Shown here: one piece after another, positions 34,561 through 39,967 of the stretch
How positions within the stretch are numbered: the first letter of the stretch is position 1
How the letters are laid out: every line of letters begins with the position of its first letter
Source of the DNA: Octopus bimaculoides
Lineage: Eukaryota
Assembly (NCBI RefSeq): GCF_001194135.2
Contig: NC_068984.1
Coordinates: 69,565,162 to 69,605,128, forward strand
Length of the DNA stretch: 39,967 nt
Direction: 5' to 3'
Notes under the pieces: model-generated
Told to the model about the DNA's origin: nothing
Seen by the model: only the letters and a program-made list of their open reading frames with translations
Databases searched by the model: none
Made by a program: the position numbers and the translations under genes

Positions 34561-36764
34561 ATTATAAAGACCATGTATAGAAATTTTAGTAGAACATTTG
34601 AAGAATAAAAAAAGTTTTTAAATGCCTAGCATATCAACTTCAACATTGTTTCTCATTTTTCAATAAATAAATATCAGTCAATTACTGGGGTTGGTTTTAT
34701 AGAGTATAACTATCCCACTTCACAAAAAATATATGGGCTTGTGTGATTAAGAAAATAATATTATATGATTGTTGACACTGAGTCCCACTGAAGTTAATAA
34801 AATGAATAACAGCTAAGTACTCGGACTGATATAATAAATTACCACAATAACCCAAGCTTCATCGATTCATATCAGTTCTTTTTATATTTTTACTTTTATT
34901 CTATACTGTGTTGCCCATTGGTCCATTCTTGAATGCTTTTACCATCAGAAATGGTTGCTGTCCTCTCATTCAATCCTTTTCTATTTCAAGTGAAAGAGAT
35001 ACTGTAAATGGCCTACCAAGACACTTCTTATGATGCAATGTGGAAAATTCGAAAAGAAAAAGAGTGCTTGTCTACTTCATCAGATTTGGAAGGGTGAAAA
35101 GCAAGTTGAACTGGATACATAGAGTGCAAAGACTTGGAACAAAATACTGCAAGGCAATATGTCTGACACTTAAATGACTCAGCTAATTTACTAGTTTTCT
35201 TGTACTAATTAAACATTATTATTTTAAATTATAAAGGCACCAAATAGCAACATTGATAAACCGTGATAGACAACATTCTTTGTGGCACTCTGTTGCTTCC
35301 TTGCATGTTTTATACTCGAATCAACCTTACCTTAAATTTGCCATTTCTTTCGTGAATGATGAAATTTAGTAGCAGTTGTGAAATGAAAGGTTAATAATAT
35401 ATCTCTTATAAAGTTTGTTGTCTTTACTTTTATTAAAGAGGACATTATCAATATGGCTAAAAAGGAGGTAAATGGCATAACTTGTAGAGAACAATGAACA
35501 AAATACCATGTAACATTTAACACTATTCATACCACAAATATATATAAACATATCTATAGCAATGAAATCCCAGTGGCACATACATGTGTCACTCACAAAC
35601 TGCCACAAAATCCTGGAGACACTTGTATGTGACCTACTCATTGTGTTGTGAAATCCCAGGAATGTTTATATAGATCTTAACCAATCATATTGGATTTCAG
35701 AGCTACAAATTAGAAATGCTTATATGTGTCACTAGTATTGTGTTAATTGCATTCAATTCCTGTTGTACTCAGCTTTGCCTTTCCTTTTTCAGGAATTGAT
35801 AAAATAAGTTCTACTCAAGAAGTAAAGCTGATTTAAAAGATCACTTCCTTTCCAACACATTCATAAGCATCAATATGTTTTGGCCTTCTGTCAAAATTAA
35901 GAAATCTTTATTAAAATTCTTGGAATAATTTTCAAATAATAACCCAATATATGTCTTTTGACAGTTCCTGTATATATTTAATATTTAAATGTTACCCTTT
36001 TGGAATTCCCACCTTGCTCAAATTTTTTTTCACAGCCATCATCTTGCAGTTGTTCATAAAGAACATCAACCTCAGTAATCTCACCAATCTTAAATGGCCT
36101 GCAAAGGTCACTGCACAGCCACTTTCTCAAGACCATTGATAGAGAACCATTTTAGTCAGTGTGTCTCAATATTTCAATTTTCAGAATAACCTCTTACAGA
36201 AGCTTTACTTACAACTATACATGTATTTATGCATTAAATAAATGCCTATAGGTAAGCTACATAATAATGAGTTGCTTATTCTTTAATTCCTAAGGAATTT
36301 CTAATTTATGGGATCTAATATAAATGTACTATATCATTAGATATCTCTGAAAATTACAAAATTTTAAGATGAATACGTTAATCATTTCTTTGTCAAATTC
36401 TGTGCCAAATTTAGTGAGGAGGATGACATTTTTCAAAAGTCCATCATATTACCTAAAAAAAACTAATGTGTGTGTTACTACTGACATGAGCCTCATAGAT
36501 TCTAGACAGGATCATTAAAAAAACAAAAATCAGAAGTTAACATTTGTTACAATATTTATATGTGTAATTAATCCAAACCAGTAAAGATGTAATTGACATC
36601 ATGGTAAGTTATCCCATCATTATAACACAGCTGAAAACCTCAAAAGAAGTTTCTCATTTAATAAGTTGAAAGACAGTTATTTATTGATAAGGGATTATGA
36701 TAGATTCTTTATATGACACCTGCTAAGCTAAAGTTGTATCTCCTTTAAATCACACTTCATTAAT

Positions 36765-37074
36765 AATATATTACGTTTATTTACTTGTCAGTCTACTAAA
36801 CTATAAAATTCTTACATTCTCTTGATTTCCTGTAATTCAGACCATCTCACGGTCCCAGTAGACAAAACAGAAAAGGTGTTGCCCTGGAGGATGGTGGGGA
36901 GATGTGCTGAAACAGCCATTCTGACTTACAGGGCTTGCACTTTCAGATAGCCATTTCTGCCCTGACAGCAGTGAGCAGGGATATGATCTAAGGGCCAAGA
37001 ATGCTGGAGGTCTCCACTGCTATGGGTTCAACCACAAACCAGTCAGAGAATAATTGATATTTTGACACTATACA
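36765..37074 (-). mobile_element. CRE-like non-LTR retrotransposon 3' end (RLE C-terminus)
   Basis: The minus strand reads SKYQLFSDWFVVEPIAVETSSILGP*IISLL...SEWLFQHIS, then after a frameshift ILQGNTFSVL. This matches the CRE pattern KY...FxPIAVETxGxxGP...LFQRISxAIxRGNA. AATAAA lies downstream near 36776-36781. Confidence 0.8.
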
Positions 37075-37256
37075 CTTCTCAGCATTCTTGGCCCCTGGCT
37101 CATATCCTTGTTCGACACTATTGGAGTGGAGATGGCTATCTGCAAGTGCGAGCCCCACGAGTCAGAGTGGATGTTCTAGTGTTTCTCCTTTGCCATCCTC
37201 TGGGGAAACACCTTTTGTATTTTGTTTACTGGGACCATGAAGCAATCTGAATCACA
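37075..37256 (+). mobile_element. Second CRE-like 3' fragment in the opposite orientation (right arm of the fold-back)
   Basis: The plus strand reads SILGPWLISLFDTIGVEMAICKCEPHESEWMF*CFSFAILWGNTFCILFTG, homologous to the minus-strand copy. Confidence 0.8.
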
Positions 37257-37759
37257 CTTTATTGTCTTGAAAACAGAAGGATAATGCAGCTCTAGTTGTA
37301 TTGTGTCTGAATAAAAGACAGGATGGTCATGGTTGAAACACGAGTAGACAAAACTCTGTTCAGTCAGAACTTTTTGCTGAACAATAACAAAAATGAAAAC
37401 ATCTTGTTGGTTTATACTCTAATGGTTTGGAAATCTGAAAAGAAAGTAGTTTAGCAACCAATGTATCGTCACAGAACTATAAATATGTATTGATATATAT
37501 TAATAATCCAATAGGTTATTGGACTTGACTGAAAATATGAAAATGAAATCACTAAATCTGTAATAAGCTGTAGATAACTTCAAACCTGATCTGCTTTAAG
37601 TCCCATTCCTTCATCATAACTTGAGCCTTAATAAAACTAGCTCTGCATTGTAGGCTCCATCAGAGATATGATGTCAATGAAATCAGAACAAAGATTATTT
37701 TATAATAGGGATAAACATACATACATACATACATACATACATAGATAAATACACATACA

Positions 37760-37808
<49 letters not shown>

Positions 37809-37829
37809 ATATATATATATATATATATA

Positions 37830-38743
37830 NNNNNNNNNNNNNNNNNNNNNNNNNNNNNNNNNNNNNNNNNNNNNNNNNNNNNNNNNNNNNNNNNNNNNNN
37901 NNNNNNNNNNNNNNNNNNNNNNNNNNNNNNNNNNNNNNNNNNNNNNNNNNNNNNNNNNNNNNNNNNNNNNNNNNNNNNNNNNNNNNNNNNNNNNNNNNNN
38001 NNNNNNNNNNNNNNNNNNNNNNNNNNNNNNNNNNNNNNNNNNNNNNNNNNNNNNNNNNNNNNNNNNNNNNNNNNNNNNNNNNNNNNNNNNNNNNNNNNNN
38101 NNNNNNNNNNNNNNNNNNNNNNNNNNNNNNNNNNNNNNNNNNNNNNNNNNNNNNNNNNNNNNNNNNNNNNNNNNNNNNNNNNNNNNNNNNNNNNNNNNNN
38201 NNNNNNNNNNNNNNNNNNNNNNNNNNNNNNNNNNNNNNNNNNNNNNNNNNNNNNNNNNNNNNNNNNNNNNNNNNNNNNNNNNNNNNNNNNNNNNNNNNNN
38301 NNNNNNNNNNNNNNNNNNNNNNNNNNNNNNNNNNNNNNNNNNNNNNNNNNNNNNNNNNNNNNNNNNNNNNNNNNNNNNNNNNNNNNNNNNNNNNNNNNNN
38401 NNNNNNNNNNNNNNNNNNNNNNNNNNNNNNNNNNNNNNNNNNNNNNNNNNNNNNNNNNNNNNNNNNNNNNNNNNNNNNNNNNNNNNNNNNNNNNNNNNNN
38501 NNNNNNNNNNNNNNNNNNNNNNNNNNNNNNNNNNNNNNNNNNNNNNNNNNNNNNNNNNNNNNNNNNNNNNNNNNNNNNNNNNNNNNNNNNNNNNNNNNNN
38601 NNNNNNNNNNNNNNNNNNNNNNNNNNNNNNNNNNNNNNNNNNNNNNNNNNNNNNNNNNNNNNNNNNNNNNNNNNNNNNNNNNNNNNNNNNNNNNNNNNNN
38701 NNNNNNNNNNNNNNNNNNNNNNNNNNNNNNNNNNNNNNNNNNN
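37830..38743. other. Assembly gap (N run) between (TA)n tracts
   Basis: Run of N. Confidence 1.
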
Positions 38744-38811
38744 TATATATATATATATATATATATATTCATTTATTTACACACACATACAAGCACACAT
38801 ACACACATTTA

Positions 38812-39571
38812 CAAACAGGCACACAACAAAACAGATTTCTTATCACAGTATGTGTGTGTGTGTAGGTGTATATATCATAAATAAATAAAAAGGTTTCACA
38901 TATTGCTCACTATAGATCAGATATATTGTTTTATGCAAATACATTTCTCAAATAGGATATTTACAGTGGCTTCATCCAAGTATGCCTTATGAAAGAAGAA
39001 GACAAAATAGGGAAAAAAAACAACAGAATTAATAAAAAGTAAACAAACTAAATAATAACAATGTAAATATCAATAAGAATAAATAGAACACCCATAGAGA
39101 GAGAGAGAGAGAAGAAAAAGAAGAAAGACAGAAAGAAAGAGAAATATTGTGTAAATAATAAGTGAAAGATGGCCAACCATGAACAGTTATTTATATGAGA
39201 CAAAGTTTAATTTCAAAATATTTGCAATATTCCACTGAATATAATTTTTGTTCCAGCTAACCAACGAGCTGTCAAAACTTTTCCGACATAGCAAAGCAGA
39301 AATTGTGATTTCTCTTTGTTCAGTTTGGCTCGGTATTAAATATTTAGCAATGTGTTAAACCAGCTATCATACTCATCTGCTTACAATTTAATAGGATTAT
39401 ACCTGCTTTCTTACAAGATACAATTGTAGTTTCTTTATAATGTATATATTTTCTTTCTGATTAGATACATTTCTGATGCTCATTCTTTTCTTTTCTTCTT
39501 TTTCGTTTTTTCTTTTTTTATTATTTAGGAGAAACCATGATAAGAAATCTATTTTGTTATGTGCCTGTTTG
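38812..39571. mobile_element. Putative non-autonomous TIR element (760 bp) with 34-bp inverted repeats and TA flanks
   Basis: caaacaggcacacaacaaaacagatttcttatca (38812-38845) versus the reverse complement of 39538-39571 is 32/34 identical. TA is present at 38810-38811 and 39572-39573. Confidence 0.55.
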
Positions 39572-39719
39572 TAGAAATACATACATACATATGTGTGTGT
39601 GTGTGTGTGTAGAAAGAAAGAAAGAGAAAGAGAGATACATATACAAATATACATACATGTGCACATGCATATATATATATATATATGTGTATATATATGT
39701 ATGTATGTATGTATGTTAT

Positions 39720-39930
39720 GTCAGGTCGCTCTTACAAGTATTCCTGAGTGCTACTGGTAACATGTAATCCAGTACAACCTGTCTCATGGTCGGGTCATCG
39801 GCGACTAAACTGGCAACCCCACAAAGCTCGCTTGGTGAGGAGGGTGATTGTTGGCATCCTGCGGGATGAAAAATAAAACTCGTCAAAAGGACGTAAGAAC
39901 TACTGTGTAGTAACGTCCACCCAACAATGT
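39720..39930 (+). mobile_element. GC-rich structured segment; possibly the 5' UTR of an RTE-type LINE
   Basis: Abrupt GC-rich start after (TATG)n, with several complementary blocks and an aaaaataaaac stretch after a hairpin. The RTE 5' UTR call is from recollection only, and no ORF follows within the window. Confidence 0.35.
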
Positions 39931-39967
39931 TTGTTTGTTTCTGTGCGTGTGTTTAAATTCTGTGTGC

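Noticed and set aside
37062-37250. 62-aa ORF MTLYTSQHSW...
   Set aside because: It is an alternative frame of the CRE-like remnant, not an independent gene.

Overview
AT-rich, microsatellite-dense eukaryotic (animal) genomic DNA from a gapped draft assembly, with six N-runs. The SINE heads and tails resemble those I recall from octopus, so a coleoid cephalopod is inferred but not proven. I found no host protein-coding gene, tRNA/rRNA gene or CRISPR array that I can support, so the window reads as intronic or intergenic. Almost all ORFs in the track are translations of microsatellites or of N-runs. The recognisable content is transposon debris: two distinct RTE-clade reverse-transcriptase fragments, a Penelope-like endonuclease C-terminus, an R4/Dong-like 3' end sitting in a (TAA)n tract, two CRE-like 3' ends forming a ~425 bp fold-back, a Tc1-type transposase remnant with D35E spacing, hAT and Tc1/mariner MITEs, and at least four tRNA-derived SINE families (labelled A-D here), several with clear TSDs. 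The most unusual signal is a ~62 bp unit, tandemly amplified upstream of a retroposon 3' tail (family F). It folds on paper into a 6-bp hairpin followed by a compact H-type pseudoknot, and one variant copy shows a compensatory change. Element classifications rest on remembered motifs and hand translation, not on database searches.
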